Of a stretch of 64,000 nucleotides of DNA, positions 1 to 9,979 are shown piece after piece. Within the stretch, counting starts at the first letter, position 1, and every line of letters begins with the position of its first letter. The notes beneath the pieces were generated by a model, which was not told where the DNA came from, made no database searches, and worked only from the letters and a program-made list of their open reading frames with translations. A program made the position numbers and the translations under genes. This DNA is from Escherichia coli (GTDB lineage: Bacteria > Pseudomonadota > Gammaproteobacteria > Enterobacterales > Enterobacteriaceae): the NCBI RefSeq assembly GCF_044324875.1, contig NZ_CP172185.1. The stretch is one strand, 5' to 3'.

Positions 1-494
1 ACGAAGATTTCGATCTCCATATCTGGCACCTGATTGCGGATCTCTTCAATCTCTTCCAGTGACAGTTCGCGAGAGAGGATCACGCGGGTCAGACCCATTT
101 GCTGCCAGAATTTCACCGTCGCCCAGTTCACGGCGTTAGCCTGTACTGAGAGATGGATCGGCATTTCAGGGAAGTGCTCGCGCACCAGCATAATCAGCCC
201 TGGATCAGACATAATCAGCGCATCCGGCCCCATTTCCACCACCGGTTTCAGGTCACGGATAAAGGTTTTCAGCTTGGCGTTGTGCGGTGCAATGTTGACC
301 ACGACATAAAACTTTTTCCCCAGCGCGTGGGCTTCATTGATGCCGAGCTGAAGATTTTCGTGGTTAAATTCGTTGTTGCGCACACGCAGGGAGTAACGCG
401 GCTGGCCCGCATAAACAGCATCTGCGCCATAAGCGAAAGCGTAACGCATATTTTTCAGCGTTCCCGCCGGGGAAAGGAGTTCCGGTTTAAACAT
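1..494 (-). CDS. yegQ: U32 family peptidase YegQ, N-terminal part only (gene runs off the window start)
   Basis: Reverse complement from 494 reads ATG TTT AAA CCG GAA CTC CTT TCC CC = MFKPELLSP, and the frame stays open to position 1. N-terminus matches my recollection of YegQ. Not in the ORF track because there is no stop inside the window. Confidence 0.75.
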   Translation of the reverse strand, partial: MFKPELLSPAGTLKNMRYAFAYGADAVYAGQPRYSLRVRNNEFNHENLQLGINEAHALGKKFYVVVNIAPHNAKLKTFIRDLKPVVEMGPDALIMSDPGLIMLVREHFPEMPIHLSVQANAVNWATVKFWQQMGLTRVILSRELSLEEIEEIRNQVPDMEIEIF

Positions 495-695
495 AATTCT
501 CTCGTTCTGATGACAGGTCAGATCCGCTTCACCTGATGAAGCGGCCAGGGGAGTGCCCCCACTTTAAGGGCGGGCATTGTAGCGCAATCGTCGGGGTTGG
601 CTCCAGTGTAATTGTGATGAGCTTTTCGATGCCTGGCGTACAATTGACATCAGAATTGAGTATATTTACGACCGTGAATGCTAAGGAGTTAAAAC

Positions 696-1301
696 ATGTG
701 GATGTTAAAGAAGGGAATCACGCTGGCTCTGTTGGTTCTGTTTTCTCTGCCCGCTACTGCCGGTCTTTCGCTGGAGGAGACTGCTCGTAAGGTGATTATC
801 GGCTTTCAGCAAAAAGATGCTCAATTAATCAACTCGTTAATTGATAAAAAAACGGGGTTGTATGTTCTCTTCCAGCGTGGCGCTTCGATGGATGTCGAAA
901 ATTTTAAGTCAATTGATTTTAAAACGCCTGTTCCCGAGTATTTGCTGTGGCCTTCGGCAGGGGAACATATTCCGCGAGATGAAGAGTTTGATAAGAAAAC
1001 TATCCCGGAATTTGACTGTGAACGTGGCTGGAATAAGCACGGATATTTTATTAGCAGCAGCGATACACACCATAAAGTCAGCCGTAATTTGGTCTTCACG
1101 CAGATGTTTGGTTCACCGCGAAACACTATTTCTGATGCGCAGATTGCCGCAGCGCGTCGAATGGAGTACGGGGCCGTGCGTGTGGTCGCTGCGCCAGAAG
1201 GGGGTAGCGATGGACTGGTATTTTATTTAAGTCAACTTTACGGTTATGACCGTGACTGGTATCTGACGGTGGTGGATCAGATTGGTGATTGTGGGGCGTG
1301 A
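696..1301 (+). CDS. hypothetical exported protein (N-terminal signal peptide, two Cys in mature part), function unknown
   Basis: 201-aa ORF. AAGGAG Shine-Dalgarno about 6 nt upstream of ATG 696. N-terminus MWMLKKGITLALLVLFSLPATAGLS has a basic n-region, hydrophobic core and an A-x-G type cleavage site. No family recognised by eye. Confidence 0.55.
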   Translation: MWMLKKGITLALLVLFSLPATAGLSLEETARKVIIGFQQKDAQLINSLIDKKTGLYVLFQRGASMDVENFKSIDFKTPVPEYLLWPSAGEHIPRDEEFDKKTIPEFDCERGWNKHGYFISSSDTHHKVSRNLVFTQMFGSPRNTISDAQIAAARRMEYGAVRVVAAPEGGSDGLVFYLSQLYGYDRDWYLTVVDQIGDCGA

Positions 1302-1331
1302 TAAAGATTTATTCGCCCGCAAGCAGTGATG

Positions 1332-2732
1332 CTATTTAAAAGGTATGTAACCCCTTAATCTGTTGTGAAGTTCCGGATTGCGGGTAAAAAGCGCCTGAAG
1401 TTGCTGACGCTGAAGAGCATTCGGTTGAATGCCCGAAAGATTGAAATTGCGTTGCCATATCGCGAGCTGTTTACCTGCAAATTCTTCAGTTAGCTTGTGT
1501 TGCGATTGCAGAAGAAGAATTAAACCGTCCCATTTGTTCAAGTTATGATACAACCGACAATATGCGCAAGCATGTTTAACTGACGGTGCGTTTTCCAGCA
1601 ACTGACGTATTTCCTCGAACGTGAGCGGAACTCGACACCATACACAGATGTTAACCATAAATCGAAGCCCGGAGGCGTCCGGGTTAGCTAGTGTGGTCAG
1701 AATAATCCCTTTGACACCACCATCAGGATTGGCTTTCGCAAGAATATACATAGCGGCTAATCGCAGTGGGAATACATCCTGTGATAATCCCCATTCAGCC
1801 AGTTTTAAAATATTGGCATCATGAATGGAGTCCAGCCCGTATAAAGCTGCCCGGCGCTGTGAGGGAGTATATTCAGTCGAGGTGACAACATGACGCCAGA
1901 ATTGCGCAACATCCATGACGTCATTAAGCATGTTTTTAGCGCGTAGACGGATCAACATATTGTTATCCAGCAGTAATGCGCTGTACAGAGCCGGAGGAAT
2001 TTCTATAGCTCGGTCAGTAAGGCTAAACAACGTTGCTTGTCGAATACGCGGCCAGCGGTCTTTTAACAGACGAGTTAATACCGCTTCGCTTAACGATAAT
2101 TGTTGACGCAGCCAGTGGGTGACTGCCAGCATTCGTAAACCTTCGTCGGGCTGCTTGAGTATTAAAAGCAGCGAAGATTCATCATTAAAGTAGCCATATT
2201 CAATCAGCGTTTGTAATACTGCGCGGGAAAGTTTTTTATCAGGGCAAGTAAGCCAGCACGTTAATTGCGGGCGGTTATTTTCTTCCAGCAAGAAGCTCAG
2301 TATCTCGTTTACAAATGCACGATGATCGTAACGCTGGCATTGGAGAAGGTTACGTATCATGGGAAGATTAACCGCAAATGCCGCTGCATTCTTATCCTTC
2401 TTTAAATGACGTAACGCTATGGTTGCAGCAAGGCGAACCTCTTTTACCCAGTCATTAGCTGCAAGTAATAATTCTTCTATAGCTGCAACATCCTCTTTTT
2501 GTCCCAGACATTGCACGGCCTTTTCTCGTATATATCCATTGTGGTGATGGGTAAGCTGGCAAAGAACCAGAGTATCGTTGAGATCACAATCATGCGCTAT
2601 ATAATTGCCTGGATCGGCTATCATCGCCTGGAGTTGTTGCTGGATAAGAAATAATTCACAGTCAACAGAATTATTCATTTCGACGTTAAACAAAACCCTG
2701 CGTGTAAATAATGTACGCAATCCTTTGAGCAT
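1332..2732 (-). CDS. hypothetical HEAT/armadillo-like alpha-helical repeat protein with C-terminal paired CxxC motifs, function unknown
   Basis: 466-aa ORF with AGGA-type SD upstream of ATG at 2732. Repeated motifs of the form D/E..V(R/K)..A...L throughout (e.g. NDWVKEVRLAATIALRHL, PDEGLRMLAVTHWL). C-terminus has CVWC and CAYC about 23 residues apart. Locally lower GC than flanking core genes. An internal ATG at 2678 is an alternative start. Confidence 0.6.
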   Translation of the reverse strand: MLKGLRTLFTRRVLFNVEMNNSVDCELFLIQQQLQAMIADPGNYIAHDCDLNDTLVLCQLTHHHNGYIREKAVQCLGQKEDVAAIEELLLAANDWVKEVRLAATIALRHLKKDKNAAAFAVNLPMIRNLLQCQRYDHRAFVNEILSFLLEENNRPQLTCWLTCPDKKLSRAVLQTLIEYGYFNDESSLLLILKQPDEGLRMLAVTHWLRQQLSLSEAVLTRLLKDRWPRIRQATLFSLTDRAIEIPPALYSALLLDNNMLIRLRAKNMLNDVMDVAQFWRHVVTSTEYTPSQRRAALYGLDSIHDANILKLAEWGLSQDVFPLRLAAMYILAKANPDGGVKGIILTTLANPDASGLRFMVNICVWCRVPLTFEEIRQLLENAPSVKHACAYCRLYHNLNKWDGLILLLQSQHKLTEEFAGKQLAIWQRNFNLSGIQPNALQRQQLQALFTRNPELHNRLRGYIPFK

Positions 2733-2854
2733 AATTTTCCTTATCAGTTATGAGGAGAAAACTCATTTCATGATTAATAATTTCTTGAGGGATAGTAACT
2801 CTGTGGTGAGAGAAAATAAAGCCGGACGCCAACAACCCACGCCCGGCATCGTAA

Positions 2855-3187
2855 TTACGTATTGTCTTTCACCGTCTGGCTTGTGCCATTGGCTTTAACG
2901 GAGGCAATTCCGGTTTCACGAGATTGCGCGGTGGCGTACATCTGGCTGGAGCCGATAATTTGATGATTGGCGGCTTTCAGATTGAAATAGAATTTGCCGT
3001 TGCTTGCCGTTTTTTTCTCATAGCGTTCTTCTTGCGGGCTGTTGCTACGCACCGATGCGATGCCCTTTTCCGCAGAGGCTTTTGAGGTATACAGCTCGCT
3101 GGTGAGGATAGTCTCACCATTGCCCGCTTTTAGCACAAACCGGAACTGATTATCACTGCTCTTACTGAGTTCAAACCAACCAGCCAT
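2855..3187 (-). CDS. yegP: YegP (UPF0339/DUF1508 family small protein)
   Basis: ORF track 2855..3226 contains an internal Met giving MAGWFELSKSSDNQFRFVLKAGNGE (110 aa). ATG at 3187 is preceded by AAGGAG. Matches recalled YegP. Confidence 0.8.
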   Translation of the reverse strand: MAGWFELSKSSDNQFRFVLKAGNGETILTSELYTSKASAEKGIASVRSNSPQEERYEKKTASNGKFYFNLKAANHQIIGSSQMYATAQSRETGIASVKANGTSQTVKDNT

Positions 3188-3366
3188 AATGACTCCTTGA
3201 TTGAAATTGCGTATCGAAAACAGCATCTAAAAGAACTGTTTACCGATTAAAGTATGAGCGATTTTCAGGCGGTTGCCAGGGCGGAGAGATAATGTCAGTT
3301 TGCTGACCATGCGCGGGATAATGTTGCCGGATGCGGCGTGAATGCCTTCTCCGGCAGGTAAAAATG

Positions 3367-4089
3367 TTAAACGATGCGGCAGGCGTCGGCTTCCCAGCGG
3401 TAACCGACGCCGTAAACGGCACGGATAAAAGACTGTTCGGCGTCGAGAGATTCCAGCTTGCGACGCAGGTTTTTAATGTGGCTGTCGATGGTGCGGTCGG
3501 TTACTACGCGGTAGTCGTCATAAAGATGATTGAGCAATTGCTCGCGGGAGAACACTTTTCCTGGTTCATGAGAGAGCGTTTTCAACAGACGAAATTCCGC
3601 AGGCGTCAGGTCAAGCATTTTACCGCGCCATGAAGCCTGAAAACGACCTTCGTCGATAATCAACGGGCTTTCGGCATCCTGTTGCTGAAGTTCGCGTTGC
3701 GGTTTGCAACGGCGCAAAATGGTTTTGACGCGCGCTACCACTTCCCGTGGGCTGTACGGTTTGCAGATGTAGTCATCTGCGCCAATTTCCAGCCCCAGCA
3801 GGCGGTCGATCTCTTCGATTTTTGCTGTCACCATCACGATCGGAATGTCAGAAAAACGACGAATCTCCCGGCACAGCGTCAGGCCATCGGTGCCAGGAAG
3901 CATAAGATCCAACAGAATCAGATCCGGTGGTGTCTGGCGTACATATGGCAGTACCTGATCGCCGTGGCTAATCAACGTTGGCGCATAGCTCGCAGCACGC
4001 AGATAATCAATGAGTAACTGCCCCAGCTTCGGTTCATCTTCCACGATCAAAATACGCGGTGTGTTTTCGTCGATTGGTAACTCGGTCAT
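3367..4089 (-). CDS. baeR: OmpR-family response regulator BaeR
   Basis: 240-aa ORF with receiver domain ([13 protein letters not shown]..., [14 protein letters not shown]) and winged-helix C-terminus. Overlaps the upstream kinase gene stop by 4 bp. Confidence 0.95.
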
Positions 4090-5489
4090 ACTTCTCTCTG
4101 TAAATCCCGTTCCAGCGGTAACTCTACTGTAATGCTTACCCCGCCAAAAGGCGAATGGGCAGCAATAATGCGACCATTATGTGCTTCAACAATGTTCAGG
4201 CAAATCGCCAGCCCCAGCCCGGAACCGCCGCTGGCTCGGTTGCGGGAACCTTCGGTGCGATAAAAACGTTCAAACAATTTTTGTAGCTGATCGTCACTGA
4301 CGCCCGGCGCGCTGTCGGCAAAGGTCAGTCGCACCGTTTTGTCGTGCTGCTCGGCAGAGATTTTCAGGCTACCGCCGCTGTCAGTGTAGCGCAGGCTGTT
4401 TTCCAGTAAGTTATTGAATAACTGCATTAAACGGTCGCGATCGCCAAATACGGTAATACTGTCTGGCAGGGAAAATTGCAGTTTCAGGCCACGGCTGGCG
4501 AATCGTTCGCGAAATGCGCCGCCCGCCACTTCCAGCAGTGGGATCAAATCTACCGGTGCTTTTTGATAGGCGAGAGCGCCTTCATCAGACATCGACAACT
4601 GATGGAGATCGTCAACCAGTTTGGTCAGTGTACCGACCTCCGCCTGTAAAGACGCCACCGTCTCCGGCGTGAATTTACGCACGCCATCCTGAATGGCTTC
4701 CAGTTCACCGCGCAGCACCGCTAATGGCGTACGCAGTTCGTGAGAAATATCGGCCATAAAATCGCGCCGCATTTGCTGGTTTTTCTCCAGCGTGCTGGCA
4801 AGCTGGTTGAAGTCTTGCGCCAGTTTGCCCAGTTCATCTTCACTGGTGGGTGTCACGCGGGTAGTGAAATCGCCCGCCGCCAGTTTGTGCGTGCCGTCCA
4901 CCAGCCGTTTGACCGGGGCCAACAGACCACGCGCCAGCAGAAAGGTGGCGAGTGCCGCGAGTAACGTAGCCAGGGCGACAATCAGCCAGCTGGTTTGCCG
5001 CTGTTGTTTATCGAAATTGATATCAGTATTGCGGGTCAGTCGCTCAACAGGGGAGGCAATCACCGCACCCACTTCCGCACCGTTGACCAGAATGGGTCGC
5101 CGTGTACCGTCAGGTGGAATCGGCGCTCGCGGACCAACCAGCACTTTGTTGTTTTGATCGATCACCCAGAACTGAGTACGCCAGCCGTGCGGAGGCATAC
5201 CCGGGCCGGGTTTATCTTCCGAATTATCGTGTTCAAATGAACGCAGGATCTGAAAGACAAAGCGATCGTTGTTGCGCAGGAAGCGCCAGTTGCCATGCTG
5301 CGCATACTGCTCGCCAAGCGCATCACTTAACAGCTGTAATCGCTGTTCATTGCCGTGTTTGATGTAATCAATAAAGCCACGCTCAAAACTGATACGCACC
5401 GCCCAGTGCATACTGATCAGCAAGACAATGCAGGTGGCGAAAATCGCCAGAAACAGTTTGCCGGTAATACCGGGTCGCCAGAACTTCAT
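4086..5489 (-). CDS. baeS: envelope-stress sensor histidine kinase BaeS
   Basis: 467-aa ORF with N-terminal TM segment, HAMP, H-box (SHELRTPL) and HATPase motifs (GGSGLGLAI). Confidence 0.95.
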
Positions 5490-6901
5490 TGCGCGCTCCT
5501 TTTTCGCCGCGAAATAGCTACATTTTGATGCGTATCGTTCGGCACTCTGGCAAAGATGAACGCCGGAAGGGCGATGATAAACGCCATGCTAAGCCAGGTG
5601 TACATAAAGACGGTTTGTGTGGTGCCGCTGTCGACGCTGACATGCTGCGAACCAAAAAGTCCCAGCAACAGCCCGGCGATAGTGACGCCGATACTCATCG
5701 ACAATTGCATAATCATCGACAGCAGGCTGTTTCCGCTGCTCGCCAGATTGTCCGGGAGATCTTTCAGCGTCAGGGTGTTCATGGAGGAGAAACGGGTCGA
5801 GTTGACCATCCCTTGTAAAAACAGGACGAACGGCAAAACGTAGTACCAGCCCAACAGAGCGGTAGTCATAAACAATAGGGTGACCAGCGACAGACCCAGC
5901 GTGGTCGCTACCAGTACCCGACGATAACCAAAGCGATTCACTACCTGTACCACAATTCGCTTCATCCCCATGCTGCCGAGCACCATCGGGATCATCATCA
6001 GTCCGGCATGAAACGGTGAGAAGCCAAGGCCAATTTGCAGGAAAACCGGCGTCATAAAGGGCAACATGCCGCTACCGATACGTCCGGCAAAACTCCCCGC
6101 CAGGCCCAGCGAAAAGGTACGAGTACGGAACAGTTTCAGACTGAAAAGAGCGCGGTTGTTATTTCTGGCGTGCAGCAGATAAAGCACCAGTGCTACCACG
6201 CCAACTGCGACCAGGCCAGCAATCGCCAGCGGCGATAAACCTGTACCTTTACTGCCGTCCAGCGCCAGGGTTAATACCGCCATGCCAACCGCCAGCAATA
6301 AAAAGCCGGAGAGATCGAAGCGCCGCGTCTGCATGGTATAGTTCGGCATTAACATCAATGTGGCGATCGCGCCAATAATCCCCACCGGAATGTTGATTAA
6401 AAAGATCCAGTGCCACGACGCATATTCCACCAGCAGACCGCCGAGCGCCGGACCGAGCAGCGGACCGACCTGACCGGGTAACGTGACAAAGGTCATCGCC
6501 GCCATATACTGCTCGCGCGGTACGATTTTCATCACCGTCAACCTGCCGACCGGCACCATCATCGCACCGCCAACGCCCTGTAACGCGCGTGCCAGCAACA
6601 GTTCGTTCAGCGTGCCGGAAAGCGCGCAAAACAGTGAACCGAGAGTAAACAGTACGATGGCGGTAAAGAAAATATTGCGCACGCCGACTTTGTCCGCCAG
6701 CCAGCCGCTGGCGGGCAGCATCACCGCCACGGTCAGCACATAAGAGACAATGACCATGTGCATATGCAACGGACTTTCCCCGAGGCTTTGCGCCATTGAG
6801 GGAAGGGCGGTGTTTACGATGGTGGTGTCCAGCGACTGCATAAAGAAGCCGAAAGCCACAATCCACAATTGCCAGCGGGTGCTGTCGGGAAGATCTGTCA
6901 T
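5486..6901 (-). CDS. mdtD: MFS transporter MdtD
   Basis: 471-aa polytopic membrane protein with MFS-type motifs, located between mdtC and baeS as in the known mdtABCD-baeSR operon. Confidence 0.93.
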   Translation of the reverse strand: MTDLPDSTRWQLWIVAFGFFMQSLDTTIVNTALPSMAQSLGESPLHMHMVIVSYVLTVAVMLPASGWLADKVGVRNIFFTAIVLFTLGSLFCALSGTLNELLLARALQGVGGAMMVPVGRLTVMKIVPREQYMAAMTFVTLPGQVGPLLGPALGGLLVEYASWHWIFLINIPVGIIGAIATLMLMPNYTMQTRRFDLSGFLLLAVGMAVLTLALDGSKGTGLSPLAIAGLVAVGVVALVLYLLHARNNNRALFSLKLFRTRTFSLGLAGSFAGRIGSGMLPFMTPVFLQIGLGFSPFHAGLMMIPMVLGSMGMKRIVVQVVNRFGYRRVLVATTLGLSLVTLLFMTTALLGWYYVLPFVLFLQGMVNSTRFSSMNTLTLKDLPDNLASSGNSLLSMIMQLSMSIGVTIAGLLLGLFGSQHVSVDSGTTQTVFMYTWLSMAFIIALPAFIFARVPNDTHQNVAISRRKRSAQ

Positions 6902-9900
6902 TTACTCGGTTACCGTTTGTTTAGGTTTACGCGAAAAACGCAGCCGCAGACGGTCGAAAAAGAGATACACCACCGGCGTGGTATACAGCGTCAGAAGCTG
7001 GCTCATTACCAGACCGCCGACAATGGTGATCCCCAGGGGTTGCCGCAGCTCCGAGCCGTCACCGCCCGACAATACCAGCGGCAGCGCACCAAACAGCGCC
7101 GCCAGGGTAGTCATCATAATCGGGCGAAAACGCAGCAGACAGGCCTGGAAAATAGCTTCCTGCGGCGTGAGGTTACCGTGCCGTTGGGCTTCAAGCGCAA
7201 AATCGACCATCATAATGGCGTTTTTCTTCACGATGCCGATTAATAGCATGATCCCTATCAGGGCGATTAGGCTGAACGGGGCATTGAACAGCTCCAGCGC
7301 CAACAGCGCTCCAACGCCCGCCGAGGGCAGGGTGGAGAGAATCGTCAGCGGATGTACGTAACTCTCGTAAAGGATACCCAGCACGATATACACCGTGGCG
7401 ATGGCGGCGATAATCAGGATCACCTGCGAGTTCATCGTCTCCTGGAACACCTGCGCCGTGCCGGCAAAACTACCGCGCACCGTCGAAGGCACACCAAGCT
7501 GGGTCATTGCGCGATCGATCGCCGCACTGGCGTCCGAGAGCGATTTCCCGGTCGGCAGGTTAAACGAAATGGTCGAGGCCGCCGATAATCCCTGATGATT
7601 CACCGACAGCGGAGCATTCGCCGGTTGCCATTTAGCGAAATACGACAGCGGGATCGCTTTTCCTTCGTTATTGATAACGAACATTTTTTCCAGCGCACTG
7701 ATGTCCTGGGTATAGCGCGGATCCACTTCCATCACCACTTTATACTGGTTCATCGGCTGGTAAATGGTCGAGATTTGTCGCTGACCGAAGGCGTTATTTA
7801 ACAGGCTGTTGGCGGCCTGCACGTCGATTCCCAGCCGTGCCATAGTGTCGCGGTCGTAAACCAGATTCATCTCCGCGCCGTTATCCTGCTGGTCGGAGTT
7901 CACGTCCGCCAGTTCCGGCAATGTCGCCAGTTTTTTGCGGATTTTCGGTTCCCATTCGCGCAGTGCCGCCAGGTCGTCGGACAGTAACGTGTACTGATAG
8001 CTGGCGTTCGACTGACGTCCGCCAACGCGAATATCCTGTACCGCCATCAGGAACAGATTCGCCCCTGGTTCTTTCGCCAGCTTCACGCGCAGACGGTCGA
8101 TAATTTGCTGCGCCGTTTCGCTGCGTTCGCCGCGTGGCTTGAGGGTGATAAACATCATCCCGCTGTTCACCCGCGAACCGCCGGTAAATCCGGTGACATT
8201 ATCCACTGCCGGATCGTCACGGATAATTTTCATGAAATCCTGCAACTTACCGCGCATCGCCTGAAACGAAATACTCTGATCCGCCTGTATCCCGCCCATC
8301 AACACGCCGGTGTCCTGCTCCGGGAAGAAGGTTTTCGGGATCGAGATATACAGCCAGATATTCAAAGCAATGGTGCCAAGCAGCACCACGCCCACCAGAC
8401 GGGTATGATTAAGCCCCCATTTCAGCGACTTACCATAGCCTTGTTGCAGGGCTACCAACATGCGACCAAAACCACGTAGTCGCTTTTGCTCGCGCGGCTT
8501 GCTGGCTTTTAGCATCCAGCCGCACATCATCGGCGTTAGCGTCAGGGAAACCAGCAACGAAATCCCAATGGCGACAGAAAGCGTCACGGCAAATTCGCGT
8601 AACAGTCGGCCCGGCAATCCGCCCATCAACAGCAGCGGCAGGAACACCGCCACCAGTGACAGACTCATCGACAGCACCGTAAAACCGACTTCGCGAGTGC
8701 CTTGCAGCGCGGCCTGTAGCGGTTTCATCCCCGCCTCCAGATGACGGGCGATGTTTTCCAGCACCACGATGGCGTCATCCACCACGAAACCAGTAGCGAT
8801 GGTGAGCGCCATTAACGAAAGATTATTGAGACTGAATCCGCACAGGTACATCGCCGCAAACGTACCAATCAGCGAAACCGGCACCGCAACGGCGGGAATA
8901 ATAGTGGCGCGACCCGAGCGCAGGAATAAAAAGACCACCAGAATGACCAGCGCCACCGAGATAATCAGCGTTTGCTCGACTTCCTCCAGCGAGGCGCGAA
9001 TAGTGGGGGAGCGATCCTGGGCAATTTGCAGATCAATCGCCGCCGGAATGGTCTCCTGCAACTCCGGTAATTTTGCCCGGATGCTGTCAACCGTCTGGAT
9101 AATATTGGCTTCCGGCAGCTTGCGGATCATCAGCAAAATAGCCGGTTTGGCGTTGGTCATCCCGGCGTTGCGCACATCCTGCACTGAGTCGGTCACCGTC
9201 GCCACATCGCCCAGACGAACCGCGCCGCCGTTGTTGTAATGAATAATCAGCGGCTGATATTCAGCGGCGGTTTTCAGTTCATCGTTAGTCTGGATCTGCC
9301 AGCGGTGAGTGCCATCTTCCAGCGCCCCCTGCGGTTTACGCACGTTGGCATTGCTGATGGCAGTGCGAACATCGTCCAGCGACACGCCCTGATTAAACAG
9401 CGCCTGCGGATTCAGCCCGACGCGTACGGCGGGCAGTGAGCTGCCGCCGACATCGACATCACCAACACCGTCGATTTGCGAAATCGTCGGAGCCAGCTGC
9501 GTCGAGGCGAAATCGTACAGTTCACCCTGCGAATAAGTATCGGATGTCAGCGTGAGGATCATTATTGGCGCATCCGACGGGTTCGCTTTGCGATAGGTCG
9601 GACGGCTTGGCATCCCGCTGGGCAGCAAACTTTGCGCGGCGTTGATCGCCGCTTGCACATCGCGCGCTGCGCCGTTGATATCGCGGTCAAAATCAAACTG
9701 CAAAATAATGCGCGTGCTGCCGAGCGAACTGCTGGAGGTCATTTCACTGACCCCGGCAATGCGCCCAAGTGAGCGCTCCAGCGGCGTGGCAACGGAAGAC
9801 GCCATTGTTTCTGGTGACGCACCGGGCAGCGAGGCGCTGACCATAATCACCGGAAAATCGACCTGCGGCAGCGGGGCGACCGGCAGCATACGGAAGCCCA

Positions 9901-9979
9901 GTATGCCGCACAGGGTAATGGCGACCGACAGTAAAATCGTCGCCACCGGGCGGTAAATGAAGAGGGCAAAAAACTTCAC
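6902..9979 (-). CDS. mdtC: RND multidrug efflux permease MdtC
   Basis: 1025-aa ORF with the typical RND/AcrB-family N-terminus [25 protein letters not shown] and 12-TM/large-loop architecture. Confidence 0.95.
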   Translation of the reverse strand: MKFFALFIYRPVATILLSVAITLCGILGFRMLPVAPLPQVDFPVIMVSASLPGASPETMASSVATPLERSLGRIAGVSEMTSSSSLGSTRIILQFDFDRDINGAARDVQAAINAAQSLLPSGMPSRPTYRKANPSDAPIMILTLTSDTYSQGELYDFASTQLAPTISQIDGVGDVDVGGSSLPAVRVGLNPQALFNQGVSLDDVRTAISNANVRKPQGALEDGTHRWQIQTNDELKTAAEYQPLIIHYNNGGAVRLGDVATVTDSVQDVRNAGMTNAKPAILLMIRKLPEANIIQTVDSIRAKLPELQETIPAAIDLQIAQDRSPTIRASLEEVEQTLIISVALVILVVFLFLRSGRATIIPAVAVPVSLIGTFAAMYLCGFSLNNLSLMALTIATGFVVDDAIVVLENIARHLEAGMKPLQAALQGTREVGFTVLSMSLSLVAVFLPLLLMGGLPGRLLREFAVTLSVAIGISLLVSLTLTPMMCGWMLKASKPREQKRLRGFGRMLVALQQGYGKSLKWGLNHTRLVGVVLLGTIALNIWLYISIPKTFFPEQDTGVLMGGIQADQSISFQAMRGKLQDFMKIIRDDPAVDNVTGFTGGSRVNSGMMFITLKPRGERSETAQQIIDRLRVKLAKEPGANLFLMAVQDIRVGGRQSNASYQYTLLSDDLAALREWEPKIRKKLATLPELADVNSDQQDNGAEMNLVYDRDTMARLGIDVQAANSLLNNAFGQRQISTIYQPMNQYKVVMEVDPRYTQDISALEKMFVINNEGKAIPLSYFAKWQPANAPLSVNHQGLSAASTISFNLPTGKSLSDASAAIDRAMTQLGVPSTVRGSFAGTAQVFQETMNSQVILIIAAIATVYIVLGILYESYVHPLTILSTLPSAGVGALLALELFNAPFSLIALIGIMLLIGIVKKNAIMMVDFALEAQRHGNLTPQEAIFQACLLRFRPIMMTTLAALFGALPLVLSGGDGSELRQPLGITIVGGLVMSQLLTLYTTPVVYLFFDRLRLRFSRKPKQTVTE

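Noticed and set aside
6249-6866. Long antisense or shadow ORFs inside real genes (e.g. 6249..6866 within mdtD, 39968..40726 within gmd, 42245..43084 within wcaI, 45244..46248 within cpsG, 47888..48481 within wzxC, 22957..24460 frames within dgcE)
   Set aside because: They lie entirely within well-supported genes on the opposite strand or in another frame, have Arg/Pro/Gly-rich low-complexity translations typical of GC-rich shadow frames, and lack ribosome-binding sites.
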